This document shows, one piece after another, positions 34,155 through 42,579 of a stretch of DNA of 64,000 bases. The stretch covers positions 44,449-108,448 of the forward strand of contig JAGOJY010000008.1 in the NCBI GenBank assembly GCA_017994815.1. Direction: 5' to 3'. Each line of letters opens with the position of its first letter. The first letter of the stretch is position 1. Source of the DNA: Acidobacteriota bacterium (GTDB taxonomy: Bacteria; Acidobacteriota; Polarisedimenticolia; J045). A model generated the notes under the pieces. That model was not told the DNA's origin. It searched no databases and worked only from the letters and a program-made list of their open reading frames with translations. A program made the translations under genes and the position numbers.

Positions 34155-34762
34155 ACGAGCCGGACAAGCTGCTCGATCACGACTACGACGGGATCAAGGA
34201 GTACGACAACCCGCTGCCGCGCTGGTGGGTGGCCATCTTCTGGATCACGATCGCCGTCGCGCCGTTCTACATCCTGTTCTACCACATGGGTCCGGGGACT
34301 TCGGTCGAAGAGGAGTACAACGCCGGGATGATGGAGCTGTACGACCGGCAGGCCAAGGAACTGATGAAGCTCGGTCCGATCACCGACGAGACGATCGTCA
34401 AGCTCGCGGCCGACAACGGGATGATGTCCGGCGCGCGGGCGCTGTTCCAGGCCAAGTGCTCGCCGTGCCACGGCGCGCTGGGCGAGGGCATCATCGGCCC
34501 GAACCTGACCGACGAGTTCTGGATCCACGGCGGGCACCCGACGGAGATCCACCGCACGATCGCCGAGGGCGTCCCGGCGCGCGGCATGCAGAGTTGGAAA
34601 TCGCAGCTGCGGTCGGTGGAGGTCCTGGCGCTCGCCGGCTACGTCACGACGCTCAAGGGCACGAACCCGCCGAACGCGAAGCCGCCCGAGGGCAACCGGC
34701 AGGAGGCCGTGCCGTCGGTCGGCGCGGCGCCCGCGGCGGCGGCGACCTCGAGCGCCTCGTGA
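34151..34762 (+). CDS. ccoP: cbb3 oxidase subunit III, monoheme form
   Basis: In-frame part of track ORF 33956..34762, starting at [26 protein letters not shown]. It has a single CxxCH (CSPCH). ATGA overlap. Confidence 0.85.
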   Translation: [203 protein letters not shown]

Positions 34763-36144
34763 ACGAACAGATCGAGCGCGCCCCGGGGCGGGTCCTGTCC
34801 AGCATGAACGAGGACGGGTCACGGCGCTGGATCCGCCCGCGCCTGTCGCGCGGGCGGTTCCTCACGGCCCGCCGCGTCGTGGCGTGGTTCCTCGTCGCGC
34901 TGTTCGCGCTGATCCCGCACCTGCGGCTCAACGGCAAGCCGCTGATGCTGTTCGACATCCCGAAGCGGCAGTTCACGCTGTTCGGGACGACGTTCCTGCC
35001 GACCGACACGCTGTTCCTGACCCTGCTCCTGCTCGCGATTTTCGTCGGGATCTTCCTCCTGACCGCGATCTTCGGCCGCGTGTGGTGCGGCTGGGCCTGC
35101 CCGCAGACGGTCTACATGGAGTTCGTCTACCGGCCGATCGAGCGGCTGTTCGAGGGCAGCCGCGCCCAGCAACTCAAGCGCGACCGCGAGGGGCCGGACG
35201 CGCGGCGGCTGTTGAAGTGGCTGGCCTTCGCGGTCGTCTCGCTGCTGTTGGCGCACACGTTCCTGGCCTACTTCGTCGAGGTCCCGGTCCTGCTGCAGTG
35301 GATGCGGGGCTCGCCCCTGGCGCATCCGGCGTCGTTCCTGCTGGTCTTCGGTACGACGCTGTTGATGTTGTTCGACTTCGGCTACTTCCGCGAGCAGGTG
35401 TGCGTGGTGGCCTGCCCCTACGGCCGCTTCCAGTCGGTGCTGCTCGACCGGCGCTCGCTGGTCGTCGGCTACGACGCCCGGCGCGGCGAGCCGCGCGGCA
35501 AGCCCGCCGAGCGCGAGGCCGGGCGGGCGGGCGACTGCATCGACTGCCAGGCCTGTGTCGTGACCTGCCCGACCGGGATCGACATCCGCGACGGCCTGCA
35601 GATGGAGTGCGTCGGCTGCACGCAGTGCATCGACGCCTGCGACGCGATCATGGACCGGCTCGGGCGCCCGCGCGGGCTGATCCGCTACAGCTCGCAGGAC
35701 GCGCTCGCCGGGCGCCGCTCCAAGGTCCTGCGCCCGCGCGTGATCCTGTACCCGCTCGTGCTCGTGCTGCTCCTCGGGCTTCTCGGCGCCAGCCTCGCGC
35801 GGCGCGAGAGCGCCGACGTCACGCTGCTGCGCGGGATCGGCAGCCCGTTCGCGGTGCTGCCGGACGGCAGCATCAGCAACCAGCTGCGGGTCAAGGTCGT
35901 CAACCGCGGTGCGGCCGACGCCTCGTACCTCGTCGAGCTGCTCGGCGCCCCGGAGTTCCACGTGGTCGCGCCGCAGAACCCGCTGCCGGTCGCCGCCGGC
36001 CGTTCCGAGACGGCCACGCTGTTCGTCGTCGGGCCGGCCTCGGCTTTCACCCGCGGCGAACGGACCGTGCGCGTGCGCGTGGCCGGCGGGGCCGAATTCG
36101 CGCACGAGCAGGAGTACCGGCTGCTCGGCCCCGAGGGCCGATGA
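34759..36144 (+). CDS. ccoG: CcoG/FixG 4Fe-4S membrane protein
   Basis: In-frame part of track ORF 34225..36144. The start is GTG at 34759 (GTGA overlap) or ATG at 34804. Motifs CGWACPQ, CPYGRFQ, CIDCQACVVTCP and CVGCTQCIDAC. Confidence 0.85.
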   Translation: MNEQIERAPGRVLSSMNEDGSRRWIRPRLSRGRFLTARRVVAWFLVALFALIPHLRLNGKPLMLFDIPKRQFTLFGTTFLPTDTLFLTLLLLAIFVGIFLLTAIFGRVWCGWACPQTVYMEFVYRPIERLFEGSRAQQLKRDREGPDARRLLKWLAFAVVSLLLAHTFLAYFVEVPVLLQWMRGSPLAHPASFLLVFGTTLLMLFDFGYFREQVCVVACPYGRFQSVLLDRRSLVVGYDARRGEPRGKPAEREAGRAGDCIDCQACVVTCPTGIDIRDGLQMECVGCTQCIDACDAIMDRLGRPRGLIRYSSQDALAGRRSKVLRPRVILYPLVLVLLLGLLGASLARRESADVTLLRGIGSPFAVLPDGSISNQLRVKVVNRGAADASYLVELLGAPEFHVVAPQNPLPVAAGRSETATLFVVGPASAFTRGERTVRVRVAGGAEFAHEQEYRLLGPEGR

Positions 36145-36605
36145 GGACGCGGGGCCGGGCCTGGCCCTGGGCGCTCGGCGCGCTGCTCGCGGCCGCGGCG
36201 GCGGCCAACGGGCTGTTGATCTACTTCGCCACGTCGGACCCGTCGTTCGCCGTCGAGCCGGACTACTACGCCAAGGGACTGGCGTGGGACCGGGCGCAGG
36301 AGCAGGAGCGCGTCAACCGCGGGCTCGGCTGGCAGCTCGAGCTGGACGTGCGCGAGGCGACGGCGCTGGTCACGGTCCGCGATCGCGCGGGCGCCGCGCT
36401 CACCGGCGCCCAGGTCGAGGCGGAGGCGTTCGCCAGCGCGCGCTCCGGCTCCCGGCGGGCGCTGCACTTCGAGGAGCAGCCGGGCGCGGTGTACCGCGCG
36501 CCTTTGGCGGGCGCGCGCCCGGGGCTGTGGGAGTTCCGCATCCGGGTGCGGCGCGGGGCGGAGACGTTCACGCGCACCACGATCGTCGAACTGGACCGGC
36601 CGTGA
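36141..36605 (+). CDS. ccoH: FixH/CcoH-like assembly protein
   Basis: In-frame part of track ORF 34884..36605, starting at MRTRGRAWPWALGALLAAAAAANG. One TM helix plus a beta-rich domain. ATGA overlap. Confidence 0.65.
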   Translation: MRTRGRAWPWALGALLAAAAAANGLLIYFATSDPSFAVEPDYYAKGLAWDRAQEQERVNRGLGWQLELDVREATALVTVRDRAGAALTGAQVEAEAFASARSGSRRALHFEEQPGAVYRAPLAGARPGLWEFRIRVRRGAETFTRTTIVELDRP

Positions 36606-37333
36606 ACATCCTCCTGCCCGCGGTGTTCGGCGCCAGCCTCCTCGGGAGCCTGCACTGCGCGGGCATGTGCGGCGGGCTGGTCGCGTTCTACGCCGCCGGC
36701 GACGCCAGCCGCGGCGCGGCGCGCGCCGTCGGCCACGCCGCGTACAACGCGGGCCGGCTCGCGACGTACCTCGCGCTAGGGGCGGCCGCCGGGGCGCTCG
36801 GCGCCGCGGTGGATCTCGCCGGCTCGCTGGCCGGGGTGCAGCGGCTGGCGCTCGTCGCCAGCGGCGTCCTCATCGTCGCGTGGGGCGCGTGGCTGCTCCT
36901 GGCCTGGGCCGGGGTCAAGCTGCCGCGCCTGCCGTTGCCGCCCGCGCTGCAGCGGGCGCTGGCCCGCGGCCTGCGCGCGGCCGCCGGGCGGCCGCCGCGC
37001 GCGCGCGCGCTGGCGACCGGCCTCGTGACCGGGCTCCTGCCGTGCGGCTGGCTCTACGCCTTCGTGATCACGGCGGGCGGCGCCGGGAGCTGGTTCGCCG
37101 GCGCCTCGACCATGGCCGTGTTCTGGGCCGGGACGCTGCCGGTGATGCTCGCGCTCGGCCTCGGCGTGCAGGCCGCCGCCGGCCCCTTGCGCCGGCACCT
37201 GCCGGTCGCCTGCGCGCTGGCGATGATCGTCGTCGGGCTCCTGGCGATCGCCGGGCGGGCCCGCGCGCTGCCGCCGGCCGGCGGCGGAGCACCGCCGTGC
37301 TGCGCGGAACACGCGACCGGCGCGCCGCGATGA
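36602..37333 (+). CDS. TauE/SafE-like (DsbD_2-type) membrane protein with HCAGMCGG motif
   Basis: In-frame part of track ORF 35909..37333 from GTG (GTGA overlap). It has multiple TM helices. Motifs LHCAGMCGG and LLPCGWLY. Confidence 0.7.
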   Translation: MNILLPAVFGASLLGSLHCAGMCGGLVAFYAAGDASRGAARAVGHAAYNAGRLATYLALGAAAGALGAAVDLAGSLAGVQRLALVASGVLIVAWGAWLLLAWAGVKLPRLPLPPALQRALARGLRAAAGRPPRARALATGLVTGLLPCGWLYAFVITAGGAGSWFAGASTMAVFWAGTLPVMLALGLGVQAAAGPLRRHLPVACALAMIVVGLLAIAGRARALPPAGGGAPPCCAEHATGAPR

Positions 37334-39759
37334 GCGTCGCGGCACCGCGCGGCGAGACGGGCTGCGCGCACTGCGGTCTGCCCGTCGCGCCCGGCCTGTT
37401 CGAGCCGGCCGCGGTGCGCCAGTTCTGCTGCGCCGGCTGTCGCGCGGTCTACGAGGCGATCCACGACCAGGGGCTCGAGCGTTTCTACGACCTGCGCGGC
37501 GACGCGCCGCCGGTCGCGGCGCGCACGACGGGACGCACCTACGAAGAGTTCGACGACCCGGCCTTCCGCGAGCTGTACTGCCGGCCGCTGCCCGGCGGCA
37601 CGTGCGGCATCGACCTGTACCTCGAGGGTGTGCACTGCGCCGCCTGCGTCTGGCTCGTCGAGCGCTTGCCGCGGCTCCTCGACGGCGTTGCCGAGGCGCG
37701 GCTGGAATTCGGCCGCTCGCGCGCCCGCGTCGTCTTCGACCCGCGGGCGGTGCAGCTGTCGGCCGTCGGCCGGCAACTCGACCGGCTCGGCTACCCGGCC
37801 CACCCGTACCGCGGCGCGCGGCGCGCCGAGCTGGAGCGACGGGCGACGCGCGCCGACCTGCTGCGGCTGGGCATCGCCGGCGCCTGCGCGATGAACGTGA
37901 TGGGGATCGCGTTCGCGCTGTACGGCGGGCTGCTCCACGGGATGGAACCGCAGTTCCTCGCGCTGTTCCGCTGGACGAGCTTCCTGGTCTCGCTGCCGGC
38001 GCTCGCGGTCGGCGGGTCGGTGTTCTTCCGCGGGGCGTGGCGCGCGCTGCGCGCCGGCGGGCTGCACATGGACCTGCCGATCAGCCTCGGGATCCTCGTC
38101 GGCTTCGGCTCCGGGGCCTGGAACACGCTGCGCGGGGCGGGGGACGTCTACTTCGACTCGGTCACGCTCTTGATCTTCCTTTTGCTGCTCGGCCGCTTCC
38201 TGCAGGCGCGCCGGCAGCGGGCCGCGGCCGACGCGGCCGAGCTGCTGCACGCGCTGACGCCGTCCACGGCGCGGCTCCTGGACGGCGCGCAGGTGCGCGT
38301 GGTGCCGGTCGAAGCGCTGGCCGCGGGGGCGCGGGTCGAGGTGCGCGCCGGCGACACCGTGCCGGCCGACGGCGTCGTCGAGCGCGGGGACAGCGCGCTG
38401 GACCTGTCGGTCCTGACGGGCGAGTCGCGTCCCGCCGAGGTCGGGCCGGGCGACCGCGTCGCCGCCGGCGCCGTCAACCGCGCGGCCGCGCTCGTCGTGC
38501 GCGTCGAGGCGGCGGGCGAGCACACGCGCCTCGGGCGGCTGATGCGGCTGGTCGAGGAGCACGCGCAGCGCAAGGCGCCGATCGTGCAGCTCGCCGACCG
38601 CCTCTCGGGCTGGTTCGTCGCCGCGGTGCTGGCGCTCGCGGCCGCGACCGCGGCGCTGTGGCTCGCGATCGACCCGGCCCGCGCGCTGGACCACGCGGTG
38701 GCGCTGTTGATCGTGACCTGCCCGTGCGCGCTGGCACTGGCGACCCCGCTCGCCGTCGGTTCGGCGATCGGCCAGGCGGCGCGCGCCGGGCTCCTCGTCA
38801 AGGGCGCCGACGTCCTCGAGCGGCTGACGCACCCCGGCCGGTTCTGGCTGGACAAGACCGGCACGCTCACCGAGGGGCAGGTGCGGCTGATCCGCTGGTG
38901 CGGCGACGAGGCCGCGCGCGGCTACGCCGCCGCCGTCGAGGCGCAGTCGGCGCACCCCGTCGCGCGCGCGCTGGTCGAGGCGGTCGGCCCGCGGCCGTGG
39001 AGCGCCCGCGACGTCGCGGAAACGACGGGCAAGGGTATCGAGGGGCTCGTCAGCGGGCGAACGGTGGTGGTCGGGTCGCCCGCGTTCGTGGCCGGGCGCG
39101 CGAGCGGCCCGCCGGAGGACGTCGCGCGGGAACTCGAGCGCATGCGGCGCGATGGGCTGACGCCCGTCGTCGTGGCGCTCGACGGCGCGGTCGTGGCGTG
39201 CGCCGGTTTCGGCGACCGTCTGCGCGGCGAGGCCGCGTCCTGCGTCGCCGCGCTGCGCTCCCTTGGCTGGCGCGTCGGCATTCTCTCCGGCGACGATCCG
39301 CGCGCCGTGGCCGCCGTCGGCGCCGCGCTCGGTCTGGCTACCGGCGACTGCCGCGGCGGTGTCTCGCCGGAGCAGAAGCTGGAGGCGGTGGCGGACGCCG
39401 GCGCGGGCGGGACGGTCGTGCTGGCGGGGGACGGCGTCAACGATGCCGCGGCGCTCGGCGCGGCGGGGGTCGGGATCGCCGTCCACGGCGGGGCCGAGGC
39501 CGCGCTGGCGGCGGCGGACGTCTTCTCGGCGCGGCCCGGGCTGCAGCCGCTCGTCGACCTGCTCGACGGCGCGTCGCGCGTCATGCGGGTGATCCACCGC
39601 AACCTCGCGTTCTCGCTGGTCTACAACATCGCCGGCGCGACGCTGGCGATGGCCGGGCTGATCGACCCGCTCGTCGCGGCGGTGCTGATGCCGGCCAGCT
39701 CGCTGACCGTCATCATCGCCTCGTACCGTGCCCGGATCTTCCGCGGGGGTGCCTCGTGA
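37330..39759 (+). CDS. ccoI: copper-translocating P1B-type ATPase CcoI/FixI
   Basis: In-frame part of track ORF 36667..39759, starting at MSVAAPRGETGCAHCG. HMA-like GVHCAACVWLVE. Motifs TCPCALALATP, DKTGTLT and GDGVNDA. ATGA overlap. Confidence 0.9.
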   Translation: MSVAAPRGETGCAHCGLPVAPGLFEPAAVRQFCCAGCRAVYEAIHDQGLERFYDLRGDAPPVAARTTGRTYEEFDDPAFRELYCRPLPGGTCGIDLYLEGVHCAACVWLVERLPRLLDGVAEARLEFGRSRARVVFDPRAVQLSAVGRQLDRLGYPAHPYRGARRAELERRATRADLLRLGIAGACAMNVMGIAFALYGGLLHGMEPQFLALFRWTSFLVSLPALAVGGSVFFRGAWRALRAGGLHMDLPISLGILVGFGSGAWNTLRGAGDVYFDSVTLLIFLLLLGRFLQARRQRAAADAAELLHALTPSTARLLDGAQVRVVPVEALAAGARVEVRAGDTVPADGVVERGDSALDLSVLTGESRPAEVGPGDRVAAGAVNRAAALVVRVEAAGEHTRLGRLMRLVEEHAQRKAPIVQLADRLSGWFVAAVLALAAATAALWLAIDPARALDHAVALLIVTCPCALALATPLAVGSAIGQAARAGLLVKGADVLERLTHPGRFWLDKTGTLTEGQVRLIRWCGDEAARGYAAAVEAQSAHPVARALVEAVGPRPWSARDVAETTGKGIEGLVSGRTVVVGSPAFVAGRASGPPEDVARELERMRRDGLTPVVVALDGAVVACAGFGDRLRGEAASCVAALRSLGWRVGILSGDDPRAVAAVGAALGLATGDCRGGVSPEQKLEAVADAGAGGTVVLAGDGVNDAAALGAAGVGIAVHGGAEAALAAADVFSARPGLQPLVDLLDGASRVMRVIHRNLAFSLVYNIAGATLAMAGLIDPLVAAVLMPASSLTVIIASYRARIFRGGAS

Positions 39760-39902
39760 GCGTCGTGTTCGTGCTGCTCCCTCTGGCCCTCCTGTTCGCG
39801 ATCGGCGCGGTGGCGCTGTTCGTCTGGGCCGTCCGCGGCGGCCAGTACGACGACCTCGAGACGCCGCCGCTGCGCGCCCTCCACGACGACGACGACAAGT
39901 AG
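39756..39902 (+). CDS. ccoS: CcoS/FixS small assembly protein
   Basis: Tail of track ORF 37602..39902 from GTG (GTGA overlap). The sequence VSVVFVLLPLALLFAIGAVALFVWAVRGGQYDDLE is typical of CcoS. Confidence 0.7.
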   Translation: MSVVFVLLPLALLFAIGAVALFVWAVRGGQYDDLETPPLRALHDDDDK

Positions 39903-39962
39903 GCGCGGGGCGGGGCGCGGCCGCCCGTGTCGCTGGCCGTGCTTGTGCTTTATTCAAAGTAC

Positions 39963-39991
39963 TTGACGGTGCAAAGTACGCGGCGTACCTT
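39963..39991 (+). promoter_or_regulatory. sigma70-like promoter candidate for creD (TTGACG-17-TACCTT)
   Basis: AT-richer patch 40 to 70 nt upstream of the creD ATG. It is bracketed by the direct repeat CAAAGTAC at 39955-39962 and 39972-39979. The -10 element is weak. Confidence 0.3.
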
Positions 39992-40033
39992 TCTACAGCG
40001 GGAGGCCGGGCCCGCCTGGGAAGGAGCGCCCCG

Positions 40034-41284
40034 ATGACCAAGCGGATCGCCGCGATCGTCTTCATCTACCTGTGCACCACGTTGGCCTGGATCATCCTCG
40101 GCTCGACGGTGCTGTACCGGACCGCCACGGCCGACGCCGAACTCTCGCGCAAGGTGGCGACGACCTGGGGCCAACCGCAGCACCAGCGGCCGCCCTCGGC
40201 GCTGGTCCGCGTCAAGGCCGCACCGGCCGCACCGGCGCCGGAAGCGGGGGCCGACGCGCCGCCCGCGCCGCAGCCGCAGGTCGCCGAGGAGAACTGCCGC
40301 GGCCTGGACCTCGTGCGCACGCGGGCCCGCGCCCAGCTCGCGCTCGAGCACCGGCGCAAGGGCCTGCTCTGGTACGCCACGTACACCGTCGACTTCGCGG
40401 GCGAGTACACGTTCGAGAACACGCTCGGGCGTGCGGCCCAGGTGCTCTTCGAGCTGCCGCTGCCGGCGCAGAACGGCGTCTACGACGGTCTGGCGCTCAC
40501 GGTCGACGGCCGGCCAATGCCGGTCGAGAGTTCGCGCACGTCGGTCCGCGCGGTTGCGTTCGTGCCGGAGGGCGGCAGCGTCGTGCTCGGCGCGCGCTAC
40601 CGCTCGCAGGGCCTCGACCAGTGGAGCTACGACCTCGGCGGCCTGAGCCAGGTCCGCGACTTCGAACTGCAGGTTGCGACCGGGTTCGACGGCTTCGATT
40701 TCCCGGAAAACGGCCTGTCGCCGACCGCCAAGGCGGCGGCCGCCGGTGGGGCGGGCTGGGACCTGCGCTGGCGCTACGACAACCTCGTCGCCGCGGGCCA
40801 GGCGATCTCGATCGAGATGCCGCGCAAGCCGCAGCCGGGCCCGCTGGCGAGCCGCATCAGCTACTTCGCCCCGGTGGCCCTCCTGTTCTACTTCTTCCTG
40901 GTGATGATCCGCGCCACGCTGCGCGGGATCGACCTGCACCCGATGCACTACTTCTTCCTGGCCGCGGCGTTCTTCGCCTTCCACCTGCTGCTGGCCTACC
41001 TCGCGGACCATGTCTCGATCCACGTCGCGTTCGCGATCAGCGCGGCGGTCTCGCTGCTGCTCGTGGTCCCGTACCTGGCGCGCGTGGCGGGCCCGCGCTT
41101 CGCGATCCTCGACGCCGGGCTCACGCAGGTCGTGTACCTCGTCCTGTTCTCGTACACGTTCTTCTTCGAAGGCTTCACCGGGCTGGCGATCAGCATCGGC
41201 TCGGTCCTGACGCTGCTCGTGCTGATGCACCTCACCGCGCCGGTGCGCTGGTCGGAGAAGTTCGCGCGGGCTGCCGCGGCGTGA
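40034..41284 (+). CDS. creD: CreD-family inner membrane protein
   Basis: In-frame part of track ORF 39728..41284, starting at MTKRIAAIVFIYL (GGAAGGAG upstream). The C-terminal TM block LHPMHYFFLAAAFFAFHLLLAYLADH resembles E. coli CreD LHPMQYLLVGLSLVMFYLLLLALSEH. Confidence 0.75.
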   Translation: MTKRIAAIVFIYLCTTLAWIILGSTVLYRTATADAELSRKVATTWGQPQHQRPPSALVRVKAAPAAPAPEAGADAPPAPQPQVAEENCRGLDLVRTRARAQLALEHRRKGLLWYATYTVDFAGEYTFENTLGRAAQVLFELPLPAQNGVYDGLALTVDGRPMPVESSRTSVRAVAFVPEGGSVVLGARYRSQGLDQWSYDLGGLSQVRDFELQVATGFDGFDFPENGLSPTAKAAAAGGAGWDLRWRYDNLVAAGQAISIEMPRKPQPGPLASRISYFAPVALLFYFFLVMIRATLRGIDLHPMHYFFLAAAFFAFHLLLAYLADHVSIHVAFAISAAVSLLLVVPYLARVAGPRFAILDAGLTQVVYLVLFSYTFFFEGFTGLAISIGSVLTLLVLMHLTAPVRWSEKFARAAAA

Positions 41285-41324
41285 GCTTGGTCCGGGCCGC
41301 GCGCGGTGCGATCATCGCGCCACG

Positions 41325-42113
41325 ATGCGGACCTCGTACCACGCGCACACGCTCTGGAGCGACGGGTCGGCGTCGGTGGCCGAGATGCTCGCCGCGGCCC
41401 GCGACGAGGGTCTGGACGAACTCGGCATCTCCGACCACCTGGTCGTCGCGCCGGGGGAGAAGCCGGGCTGGGGGATGTCCCCCGACCAGTTGCCCGCCTA
41501 CGTCGCCGAGGTGCGGGCCGCCGCCTGCACGCGGTGCCCCGTGCTGCGCCTGGGCGTGGAGGCCGACTTCTTCCCGGAGACGATCGAGGACCTGCGGCGC
41601 GTCCTCGCCTCGCACCCGTTCGAGTACGTGATCGGCTCGGTGCACTTCCTCGGCCCGTTCCCGATCGACCGCGCGCGCGAGGACTGGCAGGCCCTCGCCG
41701 TGCCGCAGCGGCGCGCGGCCTGGGCCGCGTACTGGGAGCGCATCCGGCAGCTCGCCGCCTCCGGCGTGGCCGACATCGTCGGCCACCTCGACCTGCCGAA
41801 GCGCTTCGGGTTCTTCATGGACGAGGACCTGTTGCCGCTGACCCGCACCGCGCTCGACGAGATCGCGCGGGCGGGGCTGGCGATCGAGCTCAACACGGCC
41901 GGCTGGCACATGCCGGCGGCCGAGGCGTACCCCGCGCCGGGGCTGCTGCGCGACGCGTGCCGGCGCGGGATCCCGGTGGTGGTCACGGCGGACGCGCACC
42001 AGCCGGACCACGTGGCGCGCGACCTCGCGCGCGGCCGCGAGCTGGCGCGCGCCTGCGGTTACCGCGGCACGGTGCGCTTCGAGCGCCGCCGGCGGATCGC
42101 CGTCGGCTGGTGA
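41325..42113 (+). CDS. PHP-family histidinol-phosphatase (HisJ/HisK type)
   Basis: Track ORF, 262 aa. N-terminal SYHAHTLWSDG, plus ISDH, GSVH, GHLD and TADAH metal motifs. Confidence 0.8.
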   Translation: MRTSYHAHTLWSDGSASVAEMLAAARDEGLDELGISDHLVVAPGEKPGWGMSPDQLPAYVAEVRAAACTRCPVLRLGVEADFFPETIEDLRRVLASHPFEYVIGSVHFLGPFPIDRAREDWQALAVPQRRAAWAAYWERIRQLAASGVADIVGHLDLPKRFGFFMDEDLLPLTRTALDEIARAGLAIELNTAGWHMPAAEAYPAPGLLRDACRRGIPVVVTADAHQPDHVARDLARGRELARACGYRGTVRFERRRRIAVGW

Positions 42114-42132
42114 GCCGGACCGCGGCCGCCCG

Positions 42133-42579
42133 TCAGTCCTGGCCGGAGGGGCCGCCCTCGATCGCCTGCTGGAACAGCTCGGTCTCGCGGCTCTCGTGGC
42201 CGCGCAGCGCCTCGACGAGCGCGCGGACCTGCTGCGCCACGAGGTGCGGGTCGGCCGCGGCCGAGCGCGCCGCGGCGGCCACGTTGGCCACGCGCCCGAC
42301 CAGCTCGGCGTGCTCGCCGCGCAACTGTTCGCAGCGCGGCGCCGCGTTGGGCCACGCGGCCTCGATCTCGTCGAAGAACCCGGCGCGCTCCTCGCTGCGG
42401 AAGTGCTGGTCGAGCTTGGGCCCGAGGATCGCGAGGTGCCGCGAGAGCGCCGCGAACCAACCTTCGTGCGCGCCCGCTGCCGGCAGCGCGGCGACCAGCT
42501 CCCGGACCTGGTCCAGGTCGCGGCGCAGCTCCTCGTGCTCGGCGAGGATCGCGCGCGCGCTGGGGCTCTCGGAACTCAT
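42133..42579 (-). CDS. hemerythrin-like (HHE cation-binding) domain protein
   Basis: This is the C-terminal 148 aa of track ORF 42133..43779, starting at MSSESPSARAILAEHEEL (GGAGAAGGAGGAG upstream). Motifs HEEL, HFRSEE, EHAEL and HESRETELF. The start overlaps the rmuC stop. Confidence 0.75.
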   Translation of the reverse strand: MSSESPSARAILAEHEELRRDLDQVRELVAALPAAGAHEGWFAALSRHLAILGPKLDQHFRSEERAGFFDEIEAAWPNAAPRCEQLRGEHAELVGRVANVAAAARSAAADPHLVAQQVRALVEALRGHESRETELFQQAIEGGPSGQD

